Of a stretch of DNA of 64,000 nucleotides, positions 41,910 to 55,534 are shown piece after piece. The stretch is from Octopus sinensis. Its lineage: Eukaryota. Every line of letters starts with the position of its first letter. Within the stretch, counting starts at the first letter, position 1. Under the pieces are notes generated by a model. The model saw only the letters and a list, made by a program, of their open reading frames with translations. It ran no database searches and was not told the origin of the DNA. The DNA lies in contig NC_043008.1 in NCBI RefSeq assembly GCF_006345805.1, positions 60,574,001-60,638,000 on the forward strand, in the 5' to 3' direction. The translations under genes were made by a program, and so were the position numbers.

Positions 41910-42143
41910 ACCTACAAGTCTGTGGACACTGTTGTGGACCAAGAAGGGGCCGTTAATTTTCCGATAGAATTCTTCAAATTCCTGAACCCCTCCGGACTAC
42001 CGCCTCATCAACTGCACCTCAAAACTGGAGCTCCTCCGGTCATGCTGCTGATGAAACTGGAGCCACCAAGTCTGTGCAATATTTAGTGGTAAAAAATGTG
42101 CTGTTATGAGATCGCTACCTGTTCACTGACAAAATTTCGTGAT
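41910..42143 (+). pseudogene. Helitron RepHel PIF1-helicase fragment
   Basis: TYKSVDTVVDQEGAVNFPIEFFKFLNPSGLPPHQLHLKTGAPPVMLLMKLEPPSLCN, then frameshifted LVVK. Fits the Helitron motif P.EFLNSL.PSG.PPH.L.LK.G.P.MLLRNL....LCNGTRL. Confidence 0.9.
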
Positions 42144-42199
42144 ATCTGTCTGTCTCTCTCTCTATATATATATTTCCTTTACCGTTTGTCATTTATCTA

Positions 42200-42555
42200 T
42201 TGCGTGTTTCAGTTATTTATAGGCTGCCGTGCTTGGGTAAAATCTTGAAGAATTTTATTCGAAGGAAGCACTTATTTTTTAAAACTTGGTAATTATTCTA
42301 TGGACCCTTTTGCTGAACTGTAAGTTACGAGGCCATTAACATACCAACAGAGTTTCTTAAGGGGTAGGAAGAAGGACAACCATAGCCAGAAGGACACACA
42401 CACACTCATCTATGTACGATGGGCCTCTTGCAGTTTCTGTAGATTAAATCCACTCACAAGGCTTTGGTCGGCCCGCGTCTATAGAAGACGCTTACCAAAG
42501 GTTCCACGCAATGTCGTTGAGCCTGGAACCATTTGGTTGCAAATCAAACTTCTTG
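42200..42555 (-). mobile_element. SINE family C, diverged
   Basis: AAATCCACTCACAAGGCTTTGGTCGGCCCG...GGAACCATTTGGTTG. Confidence 0.8.
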
Positions 42556-42668
42556 CAGTTTTTCAAGCATCATCACATAATGAAAATCACTTAAGCACTT
42601 ACAGAAATACTATTGCATATGAACCCATACAAATTCATGCATACATGCAGCATATATAGATAGATCCA

Positions 42669-42921
42669 GTGGAGGCGAATGGTCCAGTGCTGTACTCTTT
42701 CACCACAACTTTCTCTCACACTTTCTGTTTCTGTTGTACCTTATATTTCAAAGGGCCGGCCTTGTCACTCTCTGTGTCACGCTGAATATCCCCGAGAACT
42801 ACGTTAAGGGTGCACGTGTCTGTGGAGTGCTCAGCCACTTACACGATAATTTCACAAGCAGGCTGTTCCGTTGATTCGGATCAACCGGAACCCTCGTCGT
42901 CGTAACCGAAGGAGTGCTTCC
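42669..42921 (+). mobile_element. SINE family B with internal deletion
   Basis: GTGGAGGCGAATGGTCCAGTG is fused to CTGTACTCTTTCACC...GGAGTGCTTCC. TSD ATAGATAGATCCA at 42656-42668 / 42922-42934. Confidence 0.9.
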
Positions 42922-43375
42922 ATAGATAGATCCATATCTAAATGCATTCGTAGATACGTATATACACACATTTATTTATACATACATACACACACGCAAA
43001 CAGGCACTCGTATCTGCATACACATTTCCATTCGGTGAAAAGAAATGCATTTTTTCAAATGGGCATCTTTTCATTGAAGTTACGAAGAATACCATCTGCA
43101 ACATGGATTCCTCGCTATCAGCTTTGTTAACTTGCTAGTTATTATTCAGATGAGATTCTTTGAAGGAAATGTTTTCCCAAATCCTAACGTTATTCAGCTT
43201 ATCCTTAAATGCATTATGCTGAGAAATCTCCACGAACAACATGGTTGGAACGTGGAACCTCAAAGAACATCGAAGAAAAACCGAAGAGAAATATATCAGT
43301 TAATCACAAACGTCAGCTTAATAGATGTAAGTGAAATGAAAATACGATATGAGATACACATGGTTACAAATTAAA

Positions 43376-43763
43376 TAACCCTTTCTACTAAAGGGACAAA
43401 GCCTGAAATTTGTTGGGATGGGACTAGTTGATTACATCGACCTCAGTGTTTCACTGGTACTTAATTTATCAACCTCTGAAAGGATGAAAGACGAAGCTAA
43501 CCTCAGCGAAATTTGAACTCAGAACGTGAAGACTGACGAAACATCGCTAAGCATCATGCTAAACATAGAGGGACAAACAAGGACACACAAAGGGATTAAA
43601 TCGATTACATCGACTCCAGTGCGTAACAGGTACTTAATTTATCGACCCCGAAAGGATGAAAGGCAAAGTCGACCCCGGCGAATTTGAACTCAGATCGTAA
43701 CGGCAGACGAAATACCGCTAAGCACTTGGCCCGGTGCACTAACGTTTCTGCCAGCTCGCCGCC
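43376..43763 (-). mobile_element. Composite SINE A: younger unit followed by a remainder with a different tail
   Basis: Two TTTGAACTCAGA blocks. The second unit resumes at ATGCTTAGCGATGTTTCG. Confidence 0.85.
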
Positions 43764-44197
43764 TTAGTTATAAACTAAATAACGACACATGTAATTGCTA
43801 TGAAATGTCAAAAAAATTATCCTTCTTTTTTATTATATGGATACAATGAAATTATACCGAGACAAACTTCATCAAGGGCTAAATCATTTCGGGACAAAGC
43901 TATTATGCCATGAAGCAACATTTATTAAAATAGGATGAGGTTGGTGTTTCTAATTTCAGTTAAATAACAGCGAAATAAACTTATTCCAAGATATTACATA
44001 ATGACAGCACGTGTAAAAACAGGCAAGGCTCAGCAAGCCTACCATTTACATCTTGCAGTTTTTGACTCTAGCAGACAGCTGCATCGTGTGTACGTATTAT
44101 AAAATGGGAGAACGTAAAAATATTTCCTGTAGTGTAATTCTTACGTAAATATTTCAAGAAAATGTTATTTGGTTTTAAAAGTTTCTTTTACCACAAA

Positions 44198-44242
<45 letters not shown>

Positions 44243-44647
44243 TAAGAAAACATGATATGCATGAAGCAGATTTTACTATAATATACCTCATGTTGGACTA
44301 TGGCTGAAAGAACCTAACACTATAGTGAAAGATCTCCAAATGATTAGAGGAGATTCGTCACTCTGTATTTATCATTTTAGATGTCTTTTGATTGAAAGAT
44401 GGACAGTAAGGGCGAAGAGGTGTATATTAAGTCATATGTAAATATATTCACATGTGTATGTGTGTGCGTTTTTTTTTATGTGTGAGTGTGTTTTTATAGA
44501 ATCACAAGAATATAAACACGTAAATAAGTCAACTTATTGAGATGTTTTCTTAAGTAGAAATACGAATACAAATGTATGAATATGCACGCATACTTACAGC
44601 TAAGTAACAGCATTGCTTGAGATACAATCATTATTAAAGATACTTCT

Positions 44648-45700
44648 TGGCAGAGAGCTGCCAGAATCGTTAGCACGCCGGGCAAATTGTTTATCGGCAT
44701 TTCGTCTCTATGTTCTGGGTTCAAATGTCACCAAGGTCGACTTGGCATTTCATCCATTCGGAGTCGGTAAAATAAGTACCACTTGAGTACTGGGGTCGAT
44801 GCAATCGACTGCCCCCTCCCTAAAATTTCAGGTATTGTGCCTATAGTAGAAAGGATTATTAAGAATACTTCTAGGCAGAATAGTTAGCACGCCGGATAAA
44901 ATGCTTAGTGGCATTTCCTCCGTCTTTACGATCTGAGTTCAAATTCTATCGAGGTCGACTTTACTTTTCATCACTTCAGAGTCGATAAAATAGTAACACT
45001 GAGCAATGAAATGGCTATAATTGACGTACTCGCTCGCTCCCTTGAATGTTCTGACATGGTGTCAAAATTTGATACGATTATTACAGAAACTTATTATTAT
45101 AGGCAGCGAGCTGGTAAAATCATTAGCAGGACAGGGAAAATGCGGATCTTTTCGGTTTGAATAGCAGTTTTTAACATAATTTCTAGGTAACTAACAAATT
45201 TTAAACTTCGTATACTGGTAGAATGTGTTTGTAAAACATCTTTTTTCTCTTGGCTTTATTGAGAAGATTCTATAGTTTGTAAGATATTTGTTGTTTTTTT
45301 TCTTCAATTTCTGCAATTTCAACCAATCACTGACGCCTATTGAGGTAAAAAAACATTCTGTGCCGTATGAATATGTCCCTCGTTTAAGAAACAGATTCGG
45401 TTTATTTACATTTGTGAAGAAAAAAAGATACCCTTCCCCCCACCTCTAACCTTAACCCTAAAACAGATTGAAATGCAATAGATCGATACTAGGGTCATAA
45501 TTATGGGTGACAATTTCATATGACACCGCTAGAAAAAACTGCCGTTCAAACCGAAAAGATTCGAAAATTCTTTACGATCTCTAATTTCCCAATGGTCGAC
45601 TCTGCATTTCATCGTTTCGGGATGAGTATTTGGGTTGAGGTAGTTAACATACTTTATCCTTCGAAATTGCTGGTCTTGTGCCAAAATTTGAAACTATTGT
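44648..45700 (+). mobile_element. Cluster of three diverged SINE A copies; the third is split by a MITE
   Basis: Heads at about 44650, 44874 and 45101; GTCGAC...TTTCATC blocks at about 44737, 44954 and 45595. Confidence 0.8.
45143..45563. mobile_element. Non-autonomous DNA transposon (MITE) with about 30-bp TIRs
   Basis: TIRs CGGATCTTTTCGGTTTGAATAGCAGTTTTT / AAAAACTGCCGTTCAAACCGAAAAGATTCG. Flanks AAAATG / AAAATT may be a 6-bp TSD. Confidence 0.88.
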
Positions 45701-46659
45701 TAAATAAATTCCCTCTATTAGATAACTCAAAGATAAAGTCAAAGTGAGCACTGAAATTCGAACTTCGATGTTTGACACTACAAATAAGATACCGTTTGAC
45801 TGATTTCCGCAACAGCAGCAACAACAGCTGCTGCTACTACTACTACTACTACTACTACCACTACCTGACTTTTGTACCTTACAAATTCCAAAGCGCAAAT
45901 GTAATTCTGACTTGAAAGGAAATCAGAAAAAAAAAACACTCCTGTATAACATACAAAAATAAATGCTATTGACGGAGACATGAATGCTAAGATTGGTTAG
46001 TAGCAATCAAATCAGATGTTTGGGTGCTCCAGCCTTTCCCAAGGCCATTGAAAAGGCATATAAAAATACCCCGTTTCTTTCAAAGGTACTGTCAAACAAA
46101 ACTGGATGTGGTGGTGGTGGTGCTGGTGCTGGAGGAGAAACAGTTTGTTGACAGCCTAACTCTTTACCACATCACAGCTTCCCGCACAAGACAGGAAATG
46201 TTACTTTAAAAGGAAGCTAAAGGTTACCTTGACATTTGGTTATATGAGTTCTTGACTTGATGTCAGTGTTGCAATATAGCTGGGCGGATATTATAATGAA
46301 CGAATAAGTAAACAAATAAAATAAAATAATATAATATAATATAATGAAAGAAAACAAGTTATATATGATCGAAATGAGTTATACAATACCATAAGAGAAG
46401 AAACTTAATGAAATGTAATGAAACGCTAATTGTTATATATCACTTTGAAATTATTTTTACAGAATCCCTCAAAAACAATAAAGGAAATTTCAGTAAAGTA
46501 AGTTAACACACACACATATCTACATATATTCAAGCACACACACACACATGCGTTCAAACACACACACATGCGTTCAAACACACACACACATACATACACG
46601 CACAGAGCAAATTAATATTTAAGATGGTTTCTTGCTGTAGGGATAATGTTTATATAGAA

Positions 46660-47450
46660 AAGTAAGAAAGGTAACAGTAGAAATATAGGTGGTAGGGGTG
46701 ATAATGGTGATACTGGTAATGAAGATAGTATTGGCAGTTGTGGTTAATAACATTGTTGATATAGTGGTGGTGGCGGTAGTAGACTTGGCATCGATGGACA
46801 CAGTGACAGTGATAGTAGTTAGAGATTTGGTGGAACTGGTACCGGTGGTAGTAGATGTGTGGCGAGGATAGTGGTAGCAGTTAGTGTAGCCGCTGTTTAA
46901 ACAGGTGGTAATGGGAATGGTAGTGTTACGACAGGCGAGGTGGTTAGTGGAAAAAAAAAACTGATGTAGTACAGGTTGCAGTAAGAGTGGTATGTCGATG
47001 ATTATTACTAGCTATTAGTGGTGACATGTGTGTAGTTCTAGTGGTTGTGGGCGTAGTACTAACGGTGACGGTGGCAGGGGTTAGTACTAGGGTTCTTATA
47101 GTCTTGGTGGTAGTAAGGGTGGTATTGACCGTGATGGAGTTAGTGGGAGGTGAGTGCGGGAGTGTAGTACATGCGGTAGTAGCTGTATAACGATTGTGAT
47201 GGAGATGGTTGTGATTAGAGGTGGAGATGACACTGATGTGGTGGTGGTGGTGGTAGCAAAGTGTGTGTGTATATGTGCCAGCTCCGATTCTAACCAATTT
47301 TCGTGAGTGGGAGGGGTAAGGGTGGCAGCGGGGGTGGATGTGTTCTGGTATCAGTAGTGATTAGAATAGGTAGTAGTAGTAGTAGTGGCAGTAGTGACGA
47401 CTGCAGCAGTAAGAGTAATGGTTGCAACTGCATAATTGGTGACAATAATA
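46660..47450 (+). repeat. Degenerate GTR-triplet low-complexity tract
   Basis: GTG/GTA-rich sequence that produces spurious Val- and Thr-rich ORFs. Confidence 0.8.
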
Positions 47451-47647
47451 TCGATTTTTAGCATAGACACAAGGCCTCTAATTTAGAAAGAGGACTGTAA
47501 ATGATAAGATCGAGACTAACACTAGACTGGTACTTGTGGCTGGTAGATGCAGCCCCAGAGTAAACTGAAAGGGCAAATCTAACCAGAGTGAGATTTGAAC
47601 CCAGAACGTACAGCACTATAATTAAATATTAATTCTAGAATTTTACT

Positions 47648-48044
47648 TTTTTTTTTTTGTGGAAGCACTCCGTCGGTTACGACGACGAGGGTTCCGGTTG
47701 ATCCGAATCAACGGAACAGCCTGCTCGTGAAATTAACGTGTAAGTGGCTGAGCACTCCACAGACACGTGTACCCTTAACGTAGTTCTCGGGGATATTCAG
47801 CGTGACACAGAGAGTGACAAGGCCGGCCCTTTGAAATACAGGTACAACAGAAGCAGGAAGTAAGAGTGAGAGAAAGTTGTGGTGAAAGAATACAGCAGGG
47901 ATCACCACCATCACCTGCCGGAGCCTCGTGGGGCTTTAGGTGTTTTCGCTCAATAAACACTCACAACGCCCGGTCTGGGAATCGAAACCGCGATCCTATG
48001 ACCGCGAGTCCGCTGCCCTAACCACTGGGCCATTGCGCCTCCAC
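47648..48044 (-). mobile_element. SINE family B, full length with poly(A) tail
   Basis: Reverse complement starts GTGGAGGCGCAATGGCCCAGTGGTTAGGG. TSD TAGAATTTTACT at 47636-47647 / 48045-48056. Confidence 0.95.
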
Positions 48045-48253
48045 TAGAATTTTACTACCATCATAATACTGGATATATTCATACAGCAACAGGCTAATAT
48101 AAGAAAAAATATATATAAATATAATAATAAAATACATACCAACGTATGTATCTTATGTGTATACGTAAATGCTCACACATATAGCGGTGTAGACATATAC
48201 GCTCAAATATAGACACACACACATTTACACACACACACACACACACATATATT

Positions 48254-48434
48254 TATTTCGTCTGTCGTTACGTTCTGAGTTCAAATTCCGCCGAGGTCGA
48301 CTTTGCCTTTCATCCTTTTGGGGTCGATAAATAAAGTACCAGTTTCGCACTGGGGTCGATGTAATCGACTTAATCCCTTTGTCTGTCCTTGTTTGTCCCC
48401 TCTATGTTTAGCCCCCTATGGGCAATAAAGAGAT
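48254..48434 (+). mobile_element. SINE A unit without head
   Basis: Starts TATTTCGTCTGTCG and ends GGGCAATAAAGAGATA. Confidence 0.92.
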
Positions 48435-48539
48435 ATATATATATATATACACTCACAATCTTGTTTATATTTTGATGTTTAAATATATACATATATATAC
48501 ACACATATATATTTACACAAGCATTCTTCAAATAACTTT

Positions 48540-48593
<54 letters not shown>

Positions 48594-48966
48594 ATCATAT
48601 ATACACAAATACACAAACACATATGTATATACCGAAGAGACTAAGGCGTAAAAGGAGCAGGAGAGTATAGAAATGTAGGAAGTGAAAAATCTGTGCTGTA
48701 TAAAAAAAATGCCGATAGATACTTTTCAACAAGTCGAAGTTGAAGTGCGTTAGGGTCCAGATGGCGGAAATGCGCTGAAGATGTGAAGCATCAAGTAATA
48801 AAAGAAAAGAGCGCGTTACATGTTTTGGGCGTTTTTAAAGAACGATTTAATTTCATACACAAACACACACACAATCAGACAGACAGACATGTACACACAC
48901 ACACACACGAACACACACACACACACACACAACGTTTATTTTTATGTATAAGAATACATTAAATTG

Positions 48967-49231
48967 GTGGTAGCGCGTGGCTTAGAGGTTAGGGTGTCAG
49001 CATCATGATCGTAAGATTCTGGTTTCGATTCCTGGACCGGGCGACACGTTGTGTTTTTGAGCAAAACACTTCATTTCACGTTGCCCCAGTCCACTTACTT
49101 AACTGGCAAAAATGAGTAACGCTGTGATGGACTTGCGTCCTGTCCAGCTGGGGAACACGTACGCCATAGAAATTGGGAAACCGGGCCCATGATCCTGGCT
49201 GGGCTTTAAAAGGGCGCACTTATGTATTATT
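48967..49231 (+). mobile_element. SINE family B (CORE-like body), full length
   Basis: TSD ATACATTAAATTG at 48954-48966 / 49232-49244. Same subtype as 2491-2732. Confidence 0.93.
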
Positions 49232-49488
49232 ATACATTAAATTGAATAATCACTGAACACCTTTCGCTAATCTCAAGGAAAGTGTTGACTGCCAGTTTGA
49301 TAGAGTGATGAATCGTGTATGGTCAAAATTTCAAGGGTGAAGCTTTCCTTGTCTCACACACAAGCATAAAAACATGTAAATTCACGCGCAAAGATACAAA
49401 CAGAATTTAATGAATAGAAGTGTTATACATTAACCGCTTTAAGGTTCATTCTCGAGTAACTCATTTATCGAACGAGCTCCCGTAGTGT

Positions 49489-49882
49489 CTGAAAAGGAAG
49501 CACTCCGTCGGTTACGACGATGAGGGTTCCGGTTGATCCGAATCAACGGAACAGCCTGCTCGTGAAATTAACGTGTAAGTGACTGAGCACTCCACAGACA
49601 CGTGCACCCTTAACGTAGTTCTCGGGGATATTCAGCGTGACTCAGAGAGTGACAAGGCCGGCCCCTTTAAATACAGGTACAACAGAAACAGGAAGTAAGA
49701 GTGAGAGAAAGTTGTGGTGAAAGAGTACAGCAGGGATCACCACCATACCCTGCCGGAGCCTTGTGGAGCTTTTTTAGGTGTTTTCGCTCAATAAACCCTC
49801 ACAACGCCCGGTCTGGGAATCGAAACCGCAATCCTATGACCGCGAGTCTGCTGCCCTAACCACTGGGCCATTGCGCCTCCAC
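49489..49882 (-). mobile_element. SINE family B, full length
   Basis: Near-identical to 47648-48044; TSD TCCCGTAGTGT. Confidence 0.95.
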
Positions 49883-50034
49883 TCCCGTAGTGTACGGTTC
49901 TCGATTCAATAATAGTTCAGGCTTAAATATCATCACAACACAGACTGTCAGGAAATACTAGGAACAGCCCAGCTAATTAGAGCCGGGCAAACATTCTGAC
50001 GTGTCAATGCATTCACATAGTAGTGCTCATATAT

Positions 50035-50358
50035 GTATCAGTGGTGTTTGTTTGTTTGTTTGTCCGTAGACAAGATATCTCAAAAACAGCTGGATGGATT
50101 CAAAAGAAACTTTCAGGAATGTTTGCCTGTGGCTGGCACGAACCGGTTAGATTTTGTGATCGATCCGGTACCGGACAAGGAATCTGGTTTATGTTTACTG
50201 TTTTGTTACTTAATTTTCGAGAGCGGTCAGGTTCATTTTTAGTATTCTCCTTTGTGAGAGCAGCCGAGTTTATTTCAGTTATTCTCATCTCTGGCTAAAA
50301 GTTGAGAGGACGTTGGTGCTGACTTGGCGGAGGTTTGCGCTCTCTGAGTGCTCTAGTT
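50035..50358 (+). mobile_element. Helentron/HINE-like non-autonomous rolling-circle element, 5' end missing
   Basis: (GTTT)n near the start. The 3' end CTTGGCGGAGG TTT GCGCTC-TCT-GAGTGC TCTAG TT shows a subTIR-like motif, a hairpin, CTAG and TT. Confidence 0.65.
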
Positions 50359-50486
50359 TAAGTGCGTTTTATATATTATATATCTTGAAAACTATGTTCC
50401 TTTCCCTTTATATTGGTTTATAACGAAATGTATAGCGACATGAATTATTAGGTACATCCCATATCTACATGGTCATATAATAGATA

Positions 50487-50568
50487 TACAGTGTGTCCAT
50501 AAATTACCTTTACACGTTTTATGCAAAGGCGTGTGGATGTTGTAAAGGTAACTTAAGAGCAGCATGTA
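50487..50568. mobile_element. Tiny degenerate Tc1/mariner-like MITE
   Basis: TA-CAGTGTGTCCATAAATTACCTTTACA...TGTAAAGGTAACTTAAGAGCAGCATG-TA. Confidence 0.45.
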
Positions 50569-50674
50569 TCTAGGTAATACCTCATATTCGTGTTTAACAT
50601 TATTGAATTTAAAATCACAGTAGATACAAACCTCACTTACTTTGACTTCTTTGATACCTCCCTAGATCTAGGTT

Positions 50675-50905
50675 TAATCATTTAGTTAGAGGAAGGGTGT
50701 TTAAGTATCCTATTAATAATGTTAGTCGCAAAATTTATAAAGACGATTGAACTATTGGTATGCCAACACTTTCTATATATACCAAACGAACGAAATGAAA
50801 TAATTTGGTATATACAGAAAGTGTTGCCATACCAATAACATAAATTTTATGGCTAACATTAGTTAATAGGATTCCTAATGACTCTTCTAACTAAACTTTT
50901 GATTA
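50675..50905. repeat. Imperfect fold-back inverted repeat, about 230 bp
   Basis: TATTGGTATGCCAACACTTTCTATATATACCAAA / TTTGGTATATACAGAAAGTGTTGCCATACCAATA, plus outer matching blocks. Confidence 0.85.
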
Positions 50906-51128
50906 GTCAACTGCGTACAACAATAGCACCTCGGACAACAGTCTTCTTACCTTCTTACGTCCATAAAACAATATTCCCAACTCTTTTATAAGCCTTGGTG
51001 GTGCTATTAAGTTAGACATGGCCTGGACCAATCTTTGGTCGAAACATATCTAAGTTTATCTAAGTTTATATTTTCACTGACAAGTTATCTTTCCCTTGAT
51101 GCTTAAATTTAACTTTAACTAACTGTGC

Positions 51129-51183
<55 letters not shown>

Positions 51184-52083
51184 CATGAGGACATATCCAT
51201 GTTATTATTCATTCCTTGCTTCTTCCACTTTTTGCTTCTGATTGTCATTATCGTCCAGACTTACACGTGTTTGTTGTTATTCCTACGATAGTTGATTTAC
51301 AGTTTTTTTTTCTTGTTTTAACAAATTCATTCTTCTTATTTCCTACTACAAGCAAGAAGACCAAAAGAAGTGAACAGGATAGAAGTTTTTGTTTATACCT
51401 TCATATTTTTAAATACTTCTGTTCGCGTGTTTGGTTTCAACATCTAACGCATAATTCACCAGCAAAGTATCTGAGTGTCTTTAATCTCACATTGAAGCAT
51501 ACGAACTGGTTACCAATTGATTACCACGATTGTCTGTCGATGCAATGCCATTGACTGATACTAGGTGTTTGCGAATCACCATCCTCATCGTACGTTGGCT
51601 TTCCCTTAATTAGCTAAAAGTTTAATAAGGATGAGCGATTGAGTTAAGTTATGGTGAACGCGTCCGATAGGGCAGCAGCACACTTATTCTATTTCGTAGC
51701 ACAGTACCATGGCTATACATATATGCATTCGACAAAAAAGCACACACAGATGCGCACACGCAGGCGCTCAAGCACGACCCACCCCACAGAGCACCCCTAA
51801 ATATTGAATGTAATCTGATCGATTGATTTTGGTGTCCACCAACCTACCTACTCTGTTTCATTAGATAATAGATTATACCTGAAAATCACAAGAGAATTTT
51901 CTTCGTATTACTTGCCAAACTACATGCGTGAGAAGCAGCGATCCTAGGATATTTTAGTTTTAACTGGTATCCTGATAGAACAAAGAATCACCCAGTGCTC
52001 ACTTAAAGAGATATGGCAAGCGTTCGTTATTGTGCCCTACGTAAAGCGACGTAATCCAACATAAGCAAATGATTGAATGAGAA

Positions 52084-52499
52084 GGCGGCGAGCTGGCAGA
52101 AACGTTAGCACGCCGGGCGAAATGCATAGCCGTATTTCATCTGCCGTTACGTTCTGAGTTCAAATTCCGCCGAGGTCGACTTTGCCTGTCATCCTTTGGG
52201 GGGTCGATAAATTAAGTACCAGTTACGCACTGGGGTCGATATAATCGACTTAATCCGTTTGTCTGTCCTTGTTTGTTCCCTCTGTGTTTAGCCCCTTGTG
52301 GGTAGTAAAGAAATAGGTATTTCGTCTGCCGTTACGTCCTGAGTTCAAATTCTGCCGAGGTCGACTTTGCCCTTCTTCCTTTCGGGGTCGATTAAATAAG
52401 TACCAGTTATGCACTGGGGTCGATATAATCGACATAATCCGTTTGTCTGTCCTTGTTTGTCCCCTCTGTGTGTAGCTCCTTGTGGGCAATAAAGAAATA
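52084..52499 (+). mobile_element. SINE A dimer
   Basis: Junction AAAGAAATA|GGTATTTC at about 52315; flanking direct repeat ATAAGCAAATGA(T/A)TG. Confidence 0.95.
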
Positions 52500-53758
52500 A
52501 GCAAATGAATGTGCTTCTAGGATATCGCAGGACTCATTGAATATATCACGCATATTGTGTTAAAACGGATGCATTGCATAACATTTTCCGGGTAAAAATG
52601 CTGGGGAAGATATTTGGGTTAGTCATGATTGGAAAGTTTCTGATTATATTTCTGTTCAGTGAGAGCCGACTTACAGCTAAATAACAATAATAACAAGTAC
52701 ATGAGAACCGGGTGTTAAAAACTTAATTAATTGATGCGATCGACTGATATGAGACAGATCGATACAGGATTGACTATTGACCTTGTTACAAGAAAATGTG
52801 ACGAATGTGATGCGAGGGTGTCGCCGAAGTAGTCCATACCCTAGTTTTGCTAGCTGGTTAAAGCTATTTAAGAGTAAAGCATATACTTACTTACACATAC
52901 ATGGACATCCCAGCTACAGTTTTATCACTATTCTGTTACAATATCTGTAGATTCATATCTGTGTATGAATCAATTATATATTTATTTGTTTTGGCGCAAG
53001 ATCAAAATAGGAGGTAGAGCAGTTGAAATCGATCGTTTTACTCGAATCTCTTTCATTACTGGCAAACGAGCTAAGCCTCTAGGTGGTCGCTCTAATTTAC
53101 TAGATATAACAGAGCCAAAATGAACGAAAACGTTTCCATCTTCATTACAGAGTGACGCCACAAATATACGTACAATGCAAACGGACAAAGGGGTCTTGAC
53201 TTTTGCAGCCCCCTCGCATAAATATAAAAAGCATAATAACCGAATATTAATGAACTTTCTGAATACAGCCATTAGAGATAACCATTAAAAAAAGACGTTT
53301 GTAGAGCTGACCCTCTTTTTTTTTACATTAATATGTGTTGTTTCCATGTAATACTTATTCAAACATAAGTGGACTGGCCAAACAACACTTGTGTTTCATC
53401 GTTAGTAACAAGACAGAAATTTCAGCACTTTCTACTGGTTATCCGGCAAACAATCAGCTTGGACACCCAGTTCTCGATTACGTCGTTTAGCTACTGACGG
53501 AGTAGCAGACATATAATAATATTGGCTCGATCGACAACAATACAGTCGTTTCAAGCAAACGAAACTTTATTCATTGGAAATAAAGCATTGTTATTTTGTA
53601 GAGAGTATCGGATAATAGAGGAATACATCTGGCAAGCTCTGACCGACAAATACATTTAGTTCGCTGTTTTATTACAAATATCAGCTTGCAGATATATATG
53701 TAAGAAATACAATAATTTCGATTTAAACACGCTGACAAATACAAAGATATATGCGTAA

Positions 53759-53801
<43 letters not shown>

Positions 53802-54449
53802 TAAGTATATATATATATATATATGTATTGCCTACCAATGCCATATGTGTATCCCTTAACTTCAGTATAAATATATACATACATATATGAATGTGTGTGT
53901 GTGTGTATACATATATATATCCGCATACGTCGATACATACATGCATACATACATATATACATACGTATATGAATGTGTGTGTGTATATATATATGTATAT
54001 ATATATATGTATATATATATATATGTATATGTATATTTCTCTACATACGTAGATATAACGAACCATGATTGATAAATGATATATGTGATATCAAAAGCTA
54101 CATGCGGAATGATGTATTAGAATACGTATGTGTGTGTGTTTGTGTGTGTGTGTGAGTGAGTGAGTGAGTGTGTGTGTGTTATTCATAACAGAAGGAGATG
54201 TAGTGCACGTGACCTTTGCAAGCCCTCTCTCACTTTGGTGCTCGGCGGTTGGTATTTCAGTCAGAACCACTATATATATAAATGTCTGTAGGAAAAGCGT
54301 GAGCAGTGAAGGTGGGTGCTTTCTGGGTAGAAAGAAATATTAGATAAATTGAGCAAGTGTTTACTGTAATAGTGTCTAGAGAATAACTGTATATGTGTAT
54401 GCACATTACATACATCTCTCTCTTTCTGTGTGTGTTTGTGTATGTGTGT

Positions 54450-54488
<39 letters not shown>

Positions 54489-54904
54489 CATGTATGTATT
54501 ATGTATGCGTATGCTTATGAGTAAGAGAGACAGAGAGAGAGAGAGGGAGGAAATTAGTTTTTGTGTCTGTACGCTTATATATTCCAACTCTCTTTTGATA
54601 CAGACACGGAGACCGTATATGAAAGTGCATTGTAAAGCGGTATCGGCTATTGAGAGTTGTAAACAAGACACCCTTTCTAAAAAAAGGCAATTACGCTGAG
54701 ATAAAAGAAAAATAGTGTTTCAAAGATATACATAGAAGCTCGTTTTATATCTAAAATTTTCCTCAGCTATATGGATTAATGTACGAAGGTATCTAGAGAC
54801 ATATTTGATTGCAGCCAGTTACCCATTCTTAATTCTATTCTTTCTCGTATATGTCAATTTTGTCGGCATCAACATTTAACTTTTCTATACTAAATTCCCT
54901 ACAT

Positions 54905-55010
54905 CAGTGGTTCTCAATCTTTTTTTGACATCGGGGCACAAAGGAAATCAAACGAAAATTTCCTGGTGCACTTCGCATATGAAGTTAAAATAAAACAGTT
55001 TTAATGTTAA
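54905..55010 (+). mobile_element. hAT/Charlie-like terminus
   Basis: Starts CAGTGGTTCTCAA; no partner TIR found nearby. Confidence 0.35.
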
Positions 55011-55534
55011 ACATTTCTTTACGTGTGTGTGTATGTGTGTGTTAGTTGTTTCCGTGTGCATATGTGGTATGTGTCTATACCTTGTCTAATAGCGTCTGTA
55101 ATATTTTTTTATCATTTTCCCAGTAGTACGAACTCCTTGCAGGTTCGTATAGCTAAATTCCTAACTATATCGTAGATGTTTGTTGACCTTCCAAGATTCT
55201 TCCTCAGGATAATGTGTGTTTTGTTCTCTGTTCTAGAGTAGTAGCCAGGGCCAATGCTACCGGTGTAGTTGTTAGTACCGCAATATCGACAAGTGATTTT
55301 TTTTTCTCTTTCAGTTCAACCATCCTCTTTTTATCTTAACTTTGTAACGTGATACGTGTACCGGTTCCGTCATTAATCGTTTATTTTCGTAAGGAATTCC
55401 GTCGAGATGTGCTATCCACTGTTCTTTTCCCGTTTACTTACATTTTCTTGTATTGTACAGTGCATTGCGTCATCATTAAACTGGCGGGACTGTATCATAA
55501 TTATAAGGAAAATATAATCACAGTTATAATGCAT

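Noticed and set aside
47990-48044. tRNA gene calls at SINE heads
   Set aside because: A and B boxes are present, but the heads run into SINE bodies with TSDs and no complete cloverleaf is evident.
54624-54650. miR-33-like GTGCATTGTA
   Set aside because: Only 10 nt match and there is no hairpin partner.
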